Source: Eubacteriales bacterium | Lineage (GTDB): Bacteria > Bacillota > Clostridia > Oscillospirales > CAG-272 | Assembly (NCBI GenBank): GCA_045587665.1 | Contig: JAZNCT010000027.1 | Location: 1-51,863 of the forward strand | DNA: 51,863 nucleotides | Reading direction: 5' to 3' | In this document: positions 8,827-19,042 of the stretch, one piece after another | Layout of the letters: the number at the start of each line of letters is the position of its first letter | Position numbering within the stretch: the stretch's first letter is position 1 | Position numbers and translations under genes: made by a program | Notes under the pieces: generated by a model | The model's database searches: none | Seen by the model: the letters and a program-made list of their open reading frames with translations, nothing else | Told to the model about the DNA's origin: nothing

Positions 8827-9774
8827 ATGTCACAGAAAACGGCTCAGAAAAAAGCGGTTTCGCGCAAGGATATGACAAAAGCTCAGTGGACATGGAAGGA
8901 AATGAAGAAGAACTGGGTTGCTTATGCAATGGTAGCGCCCTTCATGATCCTCTTCACTGTTTTTACGGTGCTTCCCGTTCTTTTGTCAATCGTTATCAGC
9001 TTTACCGACTTCAACCTGCTTGAAATGCCAAATTTCGTTTTCATGCAGAACTATATTACACTGTTCTTTGATGATGATATCTTCCTGCAGGCGGCTCAGA
9101 ACACCTTTGTGTTTGCCGTTATCGTAGGTCCCTCATCATATCTGATGTCTCTGCTGGTTGCTTGGTTCATTAACGAGCTGAGCCCCAGGATCAGAGCTAT
9201 CGTAACTCTTATCTTCTATGCACCTTCTATTTCCGGTCAGGTTTACCTCATTTGGGGTACTCTCTTCTCCGGAGACTCATACGGATGGGTAAACGGTGCG
9301 CTTCTTAACCTTGGTATCATAACCGAGCCGATCCAGTTCTTCCAAAATGCAAGCTACGTTATGCCTCTGTGTATCGTGGTTTCGCTCTGGACCTCACTTG
9401 GTACCTCATTCCTTTCATTTATCGCAGGTCTCCAAGGTATCGACCGTTCTCTTTACGAGGCAGCGGCGGTGGACGGCATCAAAAACCGTTGGCAGGAGCT
9501 ATGGTATGTGACCCTGCCTACGATGAAGCCTCAGCTGATGTTCGGTGCTATCATGTCTATCACATCATCCTTCGGCTTTGGCGGTATCGTTACATCACTT
9601 TGCGGCTTCCCCTCGGTTGACTATGCGGCGCATACTATCATGCACCACCTTGAAGACTACGGTGGACAGCGATTTGAAACAGGCTATTCTTCTGCTATTG
9701 CGGTTATACTGTTTGCAGTTATGATAGGTGCAAACGTATTCGTTAAAAATTTGATTTCAAAGGTGGGACAATAA
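8827..9774 (+). CDS. Carbohydrate ABC transporter permease (MalF/UgpA-type)
   Basis: Multiple TM segments; EAA loop LYEAAAVDG...WYVTLP. Confidence 0.92.
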   Translation: MSQKTAQKKAVSRKDMTKAQWTWKEMKKNWVAYAMVAPFMILFTVFTVLPVLLSIVISFTDFNLLEMPNFVFMQNYITLFFDDDIFLQAAQNTFVFAVIVGPSSYLMSLLVAWFINELSPRIRAIVTLIFYAPSISGQVYLIWGTLFSGDSYGWVNGALLNLGIITEPIQFFQNASYVMPLCIVVSLWTSLGTSFLSFIAGLQGIDRSLYEAAAVDGIKNRWQELWYVTLPTMKPQLMFGAIMSITSSFGFGGIVTSLCGFPSVDYAAHTIMHHLEDYGGQRFETGYSSAIAVILFAVMIGANVFVKNLISKVGQ

Positions 9775-9775
9775 T

Positions 9776-10651
9776 ATGGCGACAAAACTCAGAACCAGAA
9801 AACATAAAGTTGTCCTTAACCGCAGTGCGGGAGGCGACGCCGGCATTACATTTATGCTGACAATTCTCGGAGCATTCATGTTCCTCCCAATGGTTTATGT
9901 TGTAATGCAGTCACTTAAACCACTTGACGAGCTTTTCATGTTCCCGCCGAGATTTTACGTTATGAATCCTACATTCCAGAACTTTAAGGACCTCTTCACT
10001 CTCATGAATACCTCAATGGTTCCTTTCTCAAGGTACATATTCAATACGGTATTCACTTCGGTGGCAGGTACAACCGGTAACCTTTTCTTCTCTTCACTTG
10101 CTGCATATGCACTTGCGAAGATCAAGTTTCCCGGAGCAAAGCTGATGTTCTCAACAGTCAGAACTTCTCTTATGTTCCATTCAACGGTTACAGGTATCAC
10201 CAGCTTTATCATCATGGCATCCCTTAAGTGGGTCGATACATATTGGGCAATCATCATCCCCGCATTCTGTACTTCACTTGGTCTTTACCTTATGAAGCAG
10301 TTTATGGAAACTAACGTTTCAGATGCGGTTCTTGAGAGCGCACGTCTTGACGGTGCAAGTGAGATCAAGACCTTCTGGGTAATTGCAATGCCAATGGTTA
10401 AGCCTGCTTGGCTTACACTTATCATTTATTCGTTCCAGGGACTTTGGAACGCAGGAGCATCTATCTATATCCACAGCGAGCAGCTCAAATCCTTCAACTA
10501 TGCTATTAACCAGATAGTTGCCGGCGGTATCCGCCGTTCGGGTGCTTCTGCCGCATCAACGGTTATTATGATGCTTGTTCCTATTCTCGTATTCGTTATT
10601 ACACAGTCTAACATTATCGAAACCATGGGTTCCAGTGGTATGAAGGATTAA
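9776..10651 (+). CDS. Carbohydrate ABC transporter permease (MalG/UgpE-type)
   Basis: SLKP..ELFMFPP, AAYALAKIKFPG and EAA loop LESARLDGASE...IAMPMVKP. Confidence 0.92.
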   Translation: MATKLRTRKHKVVLNRSAGGDAGITFMLTILGAFMFLPMVYVVMQSLKPLDELFMFPPRFYVMNPTFQNFKDLFTLMNTSMVPFSRYIFNTVFTSVAGTTGNLFFSSLAAYALAKIKFPGAKLMFSTVRTSLMFHSTVTGITSFIIMASLKWVDTYWAIIIPAFCTSLGLYLMKQFMETNVSDAVLESARLDGASEIKTFWVIAMPMVKPAWLTLIIYSFQGLWNAGASIYIHSEQLKSFNYAINQIVAGGIRRSGASAASTVIMMLVPILVFVITQSNIIETMGSSGMKD

Positions 10652-10663
10652 GGAGGAAAGCAA

Positions 10664-12802
10664 ATGAAAAGGTTTTTAAATACACTTTGTTTGATATTTG
10701 CTTTGGTTATGCTGATGACGACAGTTGTCAGTGCCGCTGCTCCTTATCAGACTTATACATATTCGATCAACGGATTTGCTCTTTATTCTCCGGATGCTTA
10801 TGTTCCGATAATGAGGGTTGACTCTGATTATATGGGTCTTGACGCACCCCTTGAGGGTATTAGCGATATGGTTACGGATGAGAACGGAAATGTATATCTT
10901 GTTTCATCTGTTAATAATGAGCTTATAGTTCTTGACTCATATTACAAAAAGAAGTTTACTGTTAAGAACTTTGTAAATGACCAGGGCGTTCCGGATGAAT
11001 TTACAAGTCCCCGTGGCGTGTTTGTTACAAAAGACAGGATCTTTGTTTGCGATACAGACGCAAGCCGTATCGTAACATTTGACCTTGAAGGTAACTTTCT
11101 TGCTATTATTCCTCAGCCCGAATCAAACCTCTTTACAGAGGGTTCAACCTACAGCCCGATAGCACTTGCTGTTGACCAATATGACCGTTTGTATGTTGTT
11201 TCTTCAACAACCTATCAGGGTGTTATAGTTATGACAGACGAGGGTCAGTTTACTCAGTTTGTCGGTGCGCAGAAGGTTGTTGCAAGCCTTTGGCAGCTGA
11301 TATGGAGAACATTCCAGACCGATGAGCAGAGAGCTCTTTCTCAGTCTTTCATTTCAACAGAGTTCAATAATATCAGCATAACAGATGACGGCTTTATCTA
11401 TGTTACAACACAGTCTCTTGATGAGGGTAAGCAGCAGGGCGCAATTACAGGTCAGGATAAATCCGGTGACTATGCTCCTGTTAAGCTTCTCAATGCTTCC
11501 GGTGTTGAGATCATGAGAAGAAACGGCTTCTATCCTCCCTCCGGTGAGGTTGACGTTTCCAATCTTTCAACAGATAAGATAATTGGTCCTTCAAGAATAA
11601 CCGATGTTGCTGTGGGCCCTGAAAAGACTTGGTCTATAGTTGACCAAAAGCGTTCTAAAGTGTTTACCTATGATTTCGACGGCAATCTGCTTTTTGCCTT
11701 TGGTAATGAAGGAACTATGCTTGGTAACATCGCTTATATAGCTTCTATCACATATCAGGGCGACATTCTTATGATGCTCGATACCGGTAACGATAAGAAC
11801 AATACTATCACAATATTTAAGAGAACAGAATACGGTGATGCACTGATACAGGCACTTGCTTATCAGAATGACCGTAAATATGACCAGGCTATCGAATCAT
11901 GGATAGAGATCCTCAAGAGAAACAGTAACTTTGATACTGCTTATATCGGTATCGGTCAGTCACTCTTCCGCCAGGGTGAGTATGCTGAGGCAATAGAATA
12001 TTATCAGTCTGCTTATGATACGGCCAACTATTCGGATGCTTATAAGGAGCTCCGCAAAGAGTGGATCTCAAAATATCTCTTTGTTCTTCTGGCTGTTATC
12101 GTTGTAGTTTTGATCCTTATATCCAAGTTCCTCAAATATGCTAAAAAGGTTAACTACAAAACCAGTATCTCGGTTGGCAAACGTACATATAAGCAGGAGC
12201 TTCTGTATGTTTTCCACTTGATATTCCATCCATTTGACGGCTTCTGGGATCTGAAGCACGAAAAGCGCGGATCTGTTCGTGCAGGTATAACTATAATAGC
12301 AGTAACGATACTTGCTTTCTATTATCAGTCTATCGGTCAGGGATATATTATGAATCCCGAGGGTGTATATTCATCTATCTTTGTACAGTTTGCATCGGTG
12401 CTTGCACCATTCTTCCTTTGGGTTGTTGGTAACTGGTGCCTCACAACTCTCTTTGAGGGTGAGGGTAGCTTCAGAGATATCTTCATTGCTTGTGCATACT
12501 CCCTTGCACCTGTGCCGATAATGGTTGTTCCTTCAACAATTTTCTCAAATGTTGTTACCTCTTCCGAAACAGCGATCATCAGCCTTCTCGTAACTGTTGG
12601 TTACATTTGGCTTGGTCTGCTTATATTCTTTGGAATGATGGTTACACATGATTATTCGCTTTCCAAAAACGTTCTTACTTCTGTTGGTACTATAATCGCT
12701 ATGGCGTTTATTATGTTCCTTGCGATACTGTTTACAACGCTTCTTGGTAAGGTTGTAAGCTTCTTTACTAACATTATTGATGAGATAAGTTACCGACTAT
12801 AA
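10664..12802 (+). CDS. Secreted NHL-repeat beta-propeller + TPR + Yip1-domain membrane fusion protein
   Basis: Signal peptide, then PYQTYTY; NHL repeats (FTSPRGVFVTKDRIFVCDT, PIALAVDQYDRLYV); TPR helices (AYIGIGQSLFRQGEYAEAIEYY); one TM; then the Yip1-like HPFDGFWDLKHEKRG and five hydrophobic helices. Confidence 0.82.
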   Translation: MKRFLNTLCLIFALVMLMTTVVSAAAPYQTYTYSINGFALYSPDAYVPIMRVDSDYMGLDAPLEGISDMVTDENGNVYLVSSVNNELIVLDSYYKKKFTVKNFVNDQGVPDEFTSPRGVFVTKDRIFVCDTDASRIVTFDLEGNFLAIIPQPESNLFTEGSTYSPIALAVDQYDRLYVVSSTTYQGVIVMTDEGQFTQFVGAQKVVASLWQLIWRTFQTDEQRALSQSFISTEFNNISITDDGFIYVTTQSLDEGKQQGAITGQDKSGDYAPVKLLNASGVEIMRRNGFYPPSGEVDVSNLSTDKIIGPSRITDVAVGPEKTWSIVDQKRSKVFTYDFDGNLLFAFGNEGTMLGNIAYIASITYQGDILMMLDTGNDKNNTITIFKRTEYGDALIQALAYQNDRKYDQAIESWIEILKRNSNFDTAYIGIGQSLFRQGEYAEAIEYYQSAYDTANYSDAYKELRKEWISKYLFVLLAVIVVVLILISKFLKYAKKVNYKTSISVGKRTYKQELLYVFHLIFHPFDGFWDLKHEKRGSVRAGITIIAVTILAFYYQSIGQGYIMNPEGVYSSIFVQFASVLAPFFLWVVGNWCLTTLFEGEGSFRDIFIACAYSLAPVPIMVVPSTIFSNVVTSSETAIISLLVTVGYIWLGLLIFFGMMVTHDYSLSKNVLTSVGTIIAMAFIMFLAILFTTLLGKVVSFFTNIIDEISYRL

Positions 12803-12826
12803 CGATTACAGATAGGAGAGATAAAA

Positions 12827-15715
12827 ATGAAAATGAAAAGAATAACTTCGCTGCTCTTAACTGTACTGTTGGTGCTCGGTAGTATCAATTTTACAGCCAT
12901 AGGCGTTTTTGCGGCTGATATCAACAAGGATGCAAAGGCAAAATACCAATCCTATTTTACGGCAGAATATAATTCCGCCGAGGACAGAATTGCGGCAATG
13001 GAACTCTATGCTGTTGTTGACGGTATGGAGATATATTGCGATTCTTTCTCAGGTGAGGTTGCTGTCAAGGAGATAGCTTCAGGTCAAGTGCTTTTGACAA
13101 ACCCCTACAGTGTTGGATCATCCAAGGCCTCACAGGACCAGAAGACTGAGTTGCTTTCACAGATCATAGTTGAATACAGTGACAACGGTCAGTCTAAATT
13201 CCTTAATTCTTTCAAGGATGCAATGGATCAGATAACCTATAGCAGACAGATCAATGTTGAGAGAATTAAAAATGGACTTCGAGTTGAATACTCGCTTGGT
13301 AGCGAGCAGAGCCGTCTTCTTGTTCCAAAGCTAATAAACAAAGAAAGATTCCAGACAGAGATACTTGCAAATGTAACGGATGCAGCTGCAAAGAGTCAGC
13401 TTCTCGCGTTCTATTCACTGAAGGATCCTGCAATGGAAAAGGAGAAGATCAGAGAGGCTATCTACAAGAGATGGCCGATCACAGAGGAAATGCCTATATA
13501 CGTTCTTCCTACTGACGGAAACGGTGCTGTTACCGCAAACGACCAGAAAGACATCGAAGCGATCATCAAGCAGTATTGCCCTGCATATACCTTTGAAGAT
13601 CTTGACTATGACCACTCCCTCACTAAGTTTGAAGGCATAGACAGAGAGCCCGTAAACTTCAGAATGGCTCTTGAATATGTAATAGACAACGGTCAGCTTG
13701 TGGTTACCCTTCCTGCAAACGGTATTCTTTATAACGAAGAAGAGTATACACTTGAAAATATAACAATTCTTCCTTATATGGGTGCAGGTACTAATCCCAA
13801 TTCAGGTTATACATTCCTTCCCGATGGCTCGGGTGCAATATTCAAGTTTGAAGAGCTGGTTGACACAACAACAACTATCTTTACAGACCTTTACGGCGTT
13901 GACTATGCTTACCAGACTATAACAGGAACATATCAGCAGCCCGGCAGAATCCCTGTTTACGGACTTGTTGAAAACGAGGATGTTTACAGGACTGTTGCTA
14001 TCGAAAAGGATATCCCTTCAGATCTGACAACCGATGATGATGCGGCAGATGTGGCTGAAAACGCTGAGTCAGATGAGCCTAAAACAGAAACTGTTTATGA
14101 AAAAGAATTTGTTCGCAATCAGGATAGAGGCTTTGTTGCCATTATCGAAGAAGGCGAAGCAATGAGCAAGCTTACCACCTACCACGGCGGTGCAATGCAC
14201 GAGTATAATACAATTAAGCTTTCGGTTACCCCAAGACCAAAAGATTCTTATAATCTTTCAACGGCAATTTCCGTAGGTTCAAATGACATATGGACTGTTG
14301 TTTCCGAAAGACGTTACACAGGTAACTATAAGGTAAGATATGTCATGCTTACAGATGACACTGTTGCTGCTGAGAACGACCTCACAGATACATATGAAAC
14401 ATCCTGGAAGGGTATGGCAGAGGCTTACAGAGATTATCTTATCGACAAGGGAATTATAACAAAGCTTACCGATGCTGATCTTGGCGACGGAATACCGCTT
14501 TACATTGAAACTTTCGGCTCAATGGAAAGCATTGAAAAGATACTTTCTATTCCTGTAACCGTTATGACGGCTATGACTTCCTTTGAAAATGTTCAAACTA
14601 TGTATAATGATCTTTCTTCGGAAGGAATCAAGAACATCAACTTCAAGCTTACAGGCTATGCGAACGGTGGTATGACCTCAACCGTGCCCTATAAGCTGAA
14701 ATGGGAAAAGTCGGTTGGCGGTAAGGACGGATTTGAAGCGCTTTTGGCTGATGCAAAGGAAAAGGACTACGGAATTTATCCTGATTTTGATTTTGCATAT
14801 ATCAACAAAACCTCAATGTTTGACGGAGTCAGCCTTAAAAAGCACGCAGTTAAGTCCATAGATAACCGCTACACAAGTAAGCGTATCTACAGTGCGGCAA
14901 GACAGAATTATGCTTCATATTTCCAGCTTGCACTTTCTCCTGCATATTATTATCGCTTTATTGATAAGCTGGCAGAAAGTTATACCCAGTATGATCCTAT
15001 AGGAATTTCGGTTTCAACTCTCGGAAACACTCTTAACTCCGACTTTGATCAGAAGGAGCCATATAACCGCGAGGACAGCAAGAATTATACTATAGACGCA
15101 TTTGAAAGCCTTGGAGCTTCCTATAACAGTGTTATGACAAGCGGAGGCAATGCCTACACATGGAAGGAAGCAGATCATATTCTTGAAATACCGCTTGATT
15201 CCAGCCGATACAATATTGCAACATACACAGTTCCGTTTATCGGATATGTGCTTCACGGCTACAAGAACTTTACCGGATCTGCTATCAATATGGCAGGTGA
15301 TATCCGATATGAGGTTCTGAAGTGTATTGAAAACGGTGCATATATGTACTTTATTATGTCCTATGATAACACCGAGCTTCTGAAGGACGATGAGCTTCTC
15401 AGTAAATATTATTCTATCAGATATGATATCTGGCAGGAGGATGTTATAGAGCTTTATAAAGAGCTTAACGAAGTTCTTGAGCCTCTTCAGACACAGTCTA
15501 TCGTAGATCATGAATTCCTTATCGGTCAGCGAATTCTTGCAGAGGGCGAGGAGCTTGATGAGGATAATATGGATAAGTACACAACTATGGATGATGGCCG
15601 CATAGTTAAGGTAACATATGAAAACGGCACAACATTCATTCTTAACTACAACTATTTTGGTGTCACTGTCGAGGGTCAGGAAATTGATGCCTACGGCTAC
15701 GTGAAGCTTAATTAA
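12827..15715 (+). CDS. DUF5696-family secreted protein (putative glycoside-hydrolase-like fold)
   Basis: Signal peptide; LPYMGA...GYTFLPDGSGA, PVYG, MTSFENVQTM..L, GYANGG, GGKDGFEAL and VPFIGYVLHGY motifs recalled for DUF5696; lies between ABC permeases, as is usual for this family. Confidence 0.75.
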   Translation: MKMKRITSLLLTVLLVLGSINFTAIGVFAADINKDAKAKYQSYFTAEYNSAEDRIAAMELYAVVDGMEIYCDSFSGEVAVKEIASGQVLLTNPYSVGSSKASQDQKTELLSQIIVEYSDNGQSKFLNSFKDAMDQITYSRQINVERIKNGLRVEYSLGSEQSRLLVPKLINKERFQTEILANVTDAAAKSQLLAFYSLKDPAMEKEKIREAIYKRWPITEEMPIYVLPTDGNGAVTANDQKDIEAIIKQYCPAYTFEDLDYDHSLTKFEGIDREPVNFRMALEYVIDNGQLVVTLPANGILYNEEEYTLENITILPYMGAGTNPNSGYTFLPDGSGAIFKFEELVDTTTTIFTDLYGVDYAYQTITGTYQQPGRIPVYGLVENEDVYRTVAIEKDIPSDLTTDDDAADVAENAESDEPKTETVYEKEFVRNQDRGFVAIIEEGEAMSKLTTYHGGAMHEYNTIKLSVTPRPKDSYNLSTAISVGSNDIWTVVSERRYTGNYKVRYVMLTDDTVAAENDLTDTYETSWKGMAEAYRDYLIDKGIITKLTDADLGDGIPLYIETFGSMESIEKILSIPVTVMTAMTSFENVQTMYNDLSSEGIKNINFKLTGYANGGMTSTVPYKLKWEKSVGGKDGFEALLADAKEKDYGIYPDFDFAYINKTSMFDGVSLKKHAVKSIDNRYTSKRIYSAARQNYASYFQLALSPAYYYRFIDKLAESYTQYDPIGISVSTLGNTLNSDFDQKEPYNREDSKNYTIDAFESLGASYNSVMTSGGNAYTWKEADHILEIPLDSSRYNIATYTVPFIGYVLHGYKNFTGSAINMAGDIRYEVLKCIENGAYMYFIMSYDNTELLKDDELLSKYYSIRYDIWQEDVIELYKELNEVLEPLQTQSIVDHEFLIGQRILAEGEELDEDNMDKYTTMDDGRIVKVTYENGTTFILNYNYFGVTVEGQEIDAYGYVKLN

Positions 15716-15732
15716 AGAGAGGAGAAAAAACT

Positions 15733-16698
15733 ATGACAAATAATGCAGTTCAGGCGCCAAAGAAAAGAAGACGCGCCGCTTCTCTTGACAAGCGTAAGGC
15801 ACGTGCCGGTTGGATTTTTGTTCTGCCCTTTGCAATAGGCTTTTTGCTTGTATATCTTCCGATTTTGTTTGATTCGGTCATATTCAGCTTCCACCACGTA
15901 AGTGCTAGATCCGGCGGCGGTATGATACTTGAGTGGGTTGGTCTTGATAACTTTAATCAGGCGCTGTTCGTAAACCCTAATTACATCCAGACCCTTGTTT
16001 CCGGTCTTGGTCAGATGGCATTTGATATTCCTGCTATCGTAATCTTTTCACTCTTTATGGCGGTTCTTCTTAACACAAAGATGGTTGGACGTGCCGCATT
16101 CCGTGCAATATTCTTTATTCCCGTTATCCTTTCAACAGGCTTTATGGCTTCCCTTGAGTCGGGCAACATTCTTTCCGGCTATATGGATAGCACATCGGGT
16201 ATTGCAGACGGTTCAGGTCATAGTGCCTCGCAGGATATTATTTCGATTCTCGATTTTGAAAACATGTTTGACCAGATGAAGGTCGGCGTAGAGATCGTTT
16301 ATGTTGTTGTCGGTATTATAAATAATATTTATGATATCGTAAACCGCAGCGGTGTTCAGATGCTTATCTTCCTTGCAGGCTTGCAGTCTATTTCACCTGC
16401 AATATATGAGTCCTGCCAGATCGACGGTGCTTCCGGTTGGGAGACTTTCTGGAAGATCACCTTCCCCATGATCAGCCCTATGATCCTTGTTAATGCAGTT
16501 TATACTATCATCGACTCGTTCACTGCCGAATCAAATCTTGTCATGAGATTTATTGAAAGCGTGGACAGCGGTCCTACCCCTCACGGCGGCGTTATCAGCT
16601 CTGCAATGTCATGGATGTACTTTATAGTAGTAATCCTTATCGTTGCAGCTGTTGCGGGTATATTCTCTGCATACGTATTCTATCAAAGACGTGATTAA
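15733..16698 (+). CDS. Carbohydrate ABC transporter permease (second MalF-type)
   Basis: TM segments; FRAIFFIPVI, GVQMLIFLAGLQSI and EAA loop YESCQIDGASGWETFWKITFP. Confidence 0.92.
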   Translation: MTNNAVQAPKKRRRAASLDKRKARAGWIFVLPFAIGFLLVYLPILFDSVIFSFHHVSARSGGGMILEWVGLDNFNQALFVNPNYIQTLVSGLGQMAFDIPAIVIFSLFMAVLLNTKMVGRAAFRAIFFIPVILSTGFMASLESGNILSGYMDSTSGIADGSGHSASQDIISILDFENMFDQMKVGVEIVYVVVGIINNIYDIVNRSGVQMLIFLAGLQSISPAIYESCQIDGASGWETFWKITFPMISPMILVNAVYTIIDSFTAESNLVMRFIESVDSGPTPHGGVISSAMSWMYFIVVILIVAAVAGIFSAYVFYQRRD

Positions 16699-16711
16699 GG
16701 AGGTATGATAA

Positions 16712-17767
16712 ATGGACGCACAAAACACAGTTAAAAAACCAAGAGTTACAAAAGAAACCAAGAACAAAATTCGCGTTGATTTTGAAAGAACTCCTTTAAA
16801 AGAAAGACTGAAGGCTAAATTTGGAACATCTTATATTTACCAAAAGGTTTTCCTTGCGATATTCCGCTTTGTTCTCCTTATCGGTATCTCATATATAGTA
16901 TTGTTCCCCTTCATATCAAAAATCGCATCTTCATTTATGGGCATGTCGGATTTCGTTGATGCAACGGTTCGTCTTATCCCTAAAGCATTCACCTTAAATA
17001 CCTACAAGGCGGTATTTGTAGAGCTTAGATATTTTGAAGCATTTTTCAATACCTTTACGCTTTCTATTCTTTCTGCAATACTTCAGACATTCTCGTGCTG
17101 TGTTATTGCATATGGATTTGCAAAGTTTAAGTTTAAGGGCAACAAGCTTCTGTTTATGCTGGTAATGCTCACAATGATCATTCCTCATCCAACACTCAAG
17201 CTTTCAATGCTTCAAAATTTCAAGGACTTTGATGTGCTGGGAATCTTTGGGCTTCTCGCAAAGATCGGTATTGTTCCCGATAGTATGGCATACGGTCTGA
17301 GACTCACCAATACATATTGGCCTCTCGTAATTCTTTCAGCTTGCGGCCTTGCGTTTAAGAACGGTCTTTATATCTTTATGCTAAGACAGTTCTTCCGCGG
17401 AGTTCCGGATGAGCTTGAAGAATCGGCATATATTGACGGTTCAGGTGTTTTCCGCACCTTCTTTACCATCATTATACCGCTTTCTGTACCTATGCTTATC
17501 ACAGTATTCCTCTTCTCATTCTCATGGCAGTGGACAGACAACTATTATATAGATCTGTTCTTCCCGGCAGGCAGAATGTGGAACTGGTCTAATGTTGTTA
17601 AAGAAATTCCTGTTTCGCTAAAGACAACATACGCAGGAGCAAATCTCTTCAATCAGGCTATTCACAATACTGCAGGTATGATGGCTATCGCACCGCTGAT
17701 AATCCTCTATCTGTTCTGCCAGAAGTTCCTTGTTCAGGGTATTGAGCGTTCGGGTATCGTAGGCTAA
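16712..17767 (+). CDS. Carbohydrate ABC transporter permease (second MalG-type)
   Basis: AYGFAKFKFKG, RQFFRGVPDELEESAYIDG, FSWQW and QKFLVQGIERSG. Confidence 0.92.
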   Translation: MDAQNTVKKPRVTKETKNKIRVDFERTPLKERLKAKFGTSYIYQKVFLAIFRFVLLIGISYIVLFPFISKIASSFMGMSDFVDATVRLIPKAFTLNTYKAVFVELRYFEAFFNTFTLSILSAILQTFSCCVIAYGFAKFKFKGNKLLFMLVMLTMIIPHPTLKLSMLQNFKDFDVLGIFGLLAKIGIVPDSMAYGLRLTNTYWPLVILSACGLAFKNGLYIFMLRQFFRGVPDELEESAYIDGSGVFRTFFTIIIPLSVPMLITVFLFSFSWQWTDNYYIDLFFPAGRMWNWSNVVKEIPVSLKTTYAGANLFNQAIHNTAGMMAIAPLIILYLFCQKFLVQGIERSGIVG

Positions 17768-17786
17768 TGTTTAAATAACAATTTCC

Positions 17787-17818
17787 AAAGGGCTGAGATC
17801 AACTCAGCCCTTTTTTTT
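17787..17818 (+). terminator. Rho-independent terminator closing the ABC/DUF5696 operon
   Basis: AAAGGGCTGAG-atcaa-CTCAGCCCTTT stem ending in a T8 run. Confidence 0.88.
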
Positions 17819-17824
17819 AAAAAC

Positions 17825-17856
17825 AAAAAAGCTAACTGCTTTTTGACAGTCAGCTT
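17825..17856 (-). terminator. Rho-independent terminator of the dnaX-aroK run
   Basis: Minus strand AAGCTGACTG...CAGTTAGCTT stem followed by a T-run. Confidence 0.6.
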
Positions 17857-17892
17857 TAATATTAAGGATTAAAATTCGGTAACGTGCACTGA

Positions 17893-18390
17893 TCAACAAA
17901 GACCAAGTTTTTCTTTGATCTTCAGTACACAATCTTCAATGCCAAGCTCGGCACAGTCGACCGTTATATCAGAATAATGCTCATATAAGGGGGCGCGTTC
18001 TGTATATAGATCATTTATTGTATAACCGGTTTCCATAGCAATTCCGCGTGTTTTAATATTGTTTATTCGTTTTGAGATTTTATCGGGTGAAAGCTTTAAA
18101 TAGAAGATTTTTCCACTCAAACGAAGGTTTTCCATGCCCTCTTTGCAATAAACAGCACTTCCTCCGGTTGCAATAACAGAGTTTTCGGCTTTAAGATCTG
18201 AGAGAATTTTATTTTCGGCTTCTTTGAAAAAATCAAGTCCTCTTTTCTCTATAATGTTGCAAAGTGAATCACCGCACTTGCTTTGCAAAATGAGGTCGGT
18301 ATCAATAAAATCAAAAAGCAGTGCTTTTGCAAGCAGAACTCCTACTGTGCTTTTTCCGCAGCCCGGCATACCTATAAGGACAATGTTCAT
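17893..18390 (-). CDS. aroK: Shikimate kinase
   Basis: Start reset to MNIVLIGMPGCGKST (GAGGT RBS); Walker A, FIDTD, ATGGS and ERAPLYE motifs. Confidence 0.9.
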   Translation of the reverse strand: MNIVLIGMPGCGKSTVGVLLAKALLFDFIDTDLILQSKCGDSLCNIIEKRGLDFFKEAENKILSDLKAENSVIATGGSAVYCKEGMENLRLSGKIFYLKLSPDKISKRINNIKTRGIAMETGYTINDLYTERAPLYEHYSDITVDCAELGIEDCVLKIKEKLGLC

Positions 18391-18442
18391 ATTATACCTC
18401 GATGATGGTGCATTTTTAACTATACAAGAATGCAAAACGCCT

Positions 18443-19042
18443 TTAAACGTCTCGCCTGCCTTCAAGTGCTCGGTATAACGTTACCTCGTCGGCATATTCA
18501 AGATCTCCGCCAACAGGAACGCCGTATGCAAGTCGTGTAACTGCAAGCCCCAGCGGCTTCAAGAGTCTTGAAAGATACATTGCCGTAGCTTCACCCTCAA
18601 CAGTTGGATTTGTGGCAATTATGATCTCTTTTATTTCAGTGTCGCTGCAGCGTGAAAGCAGCTCCGCAATCTTCAGCTTTTCGGGCGTAATTCCGTTCAT
18701 AGGAGAGATAACGCCATGCAGCACATGATAAAGTCCATTAAATTCTCTTACCTTTTCAAGAGAGAGCACGGCCTTTGCATCCTCAACAACGCAGATGACC
18801 GAGCGGTCACGGTTAGTGTCGGCACAAATATTGCATATATCCTTATCAGTGAGATTTTGGCATATTGGGCAGAGATGAATTTTGGATTTGGCATCAATTA
18901 TAGCTCCGGCAAATTCTTCCGCCTCCTCATTTGTCATATCCAGCACCGAAAAAGCAAGACGCAAAGCGGTTTTTCTGCCAATGCCTGCAAGTCTGCCAAA
19001 TTGCTCTGCCAGCTTGCTAAGCGGTTCTATATGGTCAGCCAT
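18443..19042 (-). CDS. recR: Recombination mediator RecR
   Basis: HhH GIGRKTA, C4 zinc finger [29 protein letters not shown] and GGDLEYAD. Confidence 0.97.
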   Translation of the reverse strand: MADHIEPLSKLAEQFGRLAGIGRKTALRLAFSVLDMTNEEAEEFAGAIIDAKSKIHLCPICQNLTDKDICNICADTNRDRSVICVVEDAKAVLSLEKVREFNGLYHVLHGVISPMNGITPEKLKIAELLSRCSDTEIKEIIIATNPTVEGEATAMYLSRLLKPLGLAVTRLAYGVPVGGDLEYADEVTLYRALEGRRDV

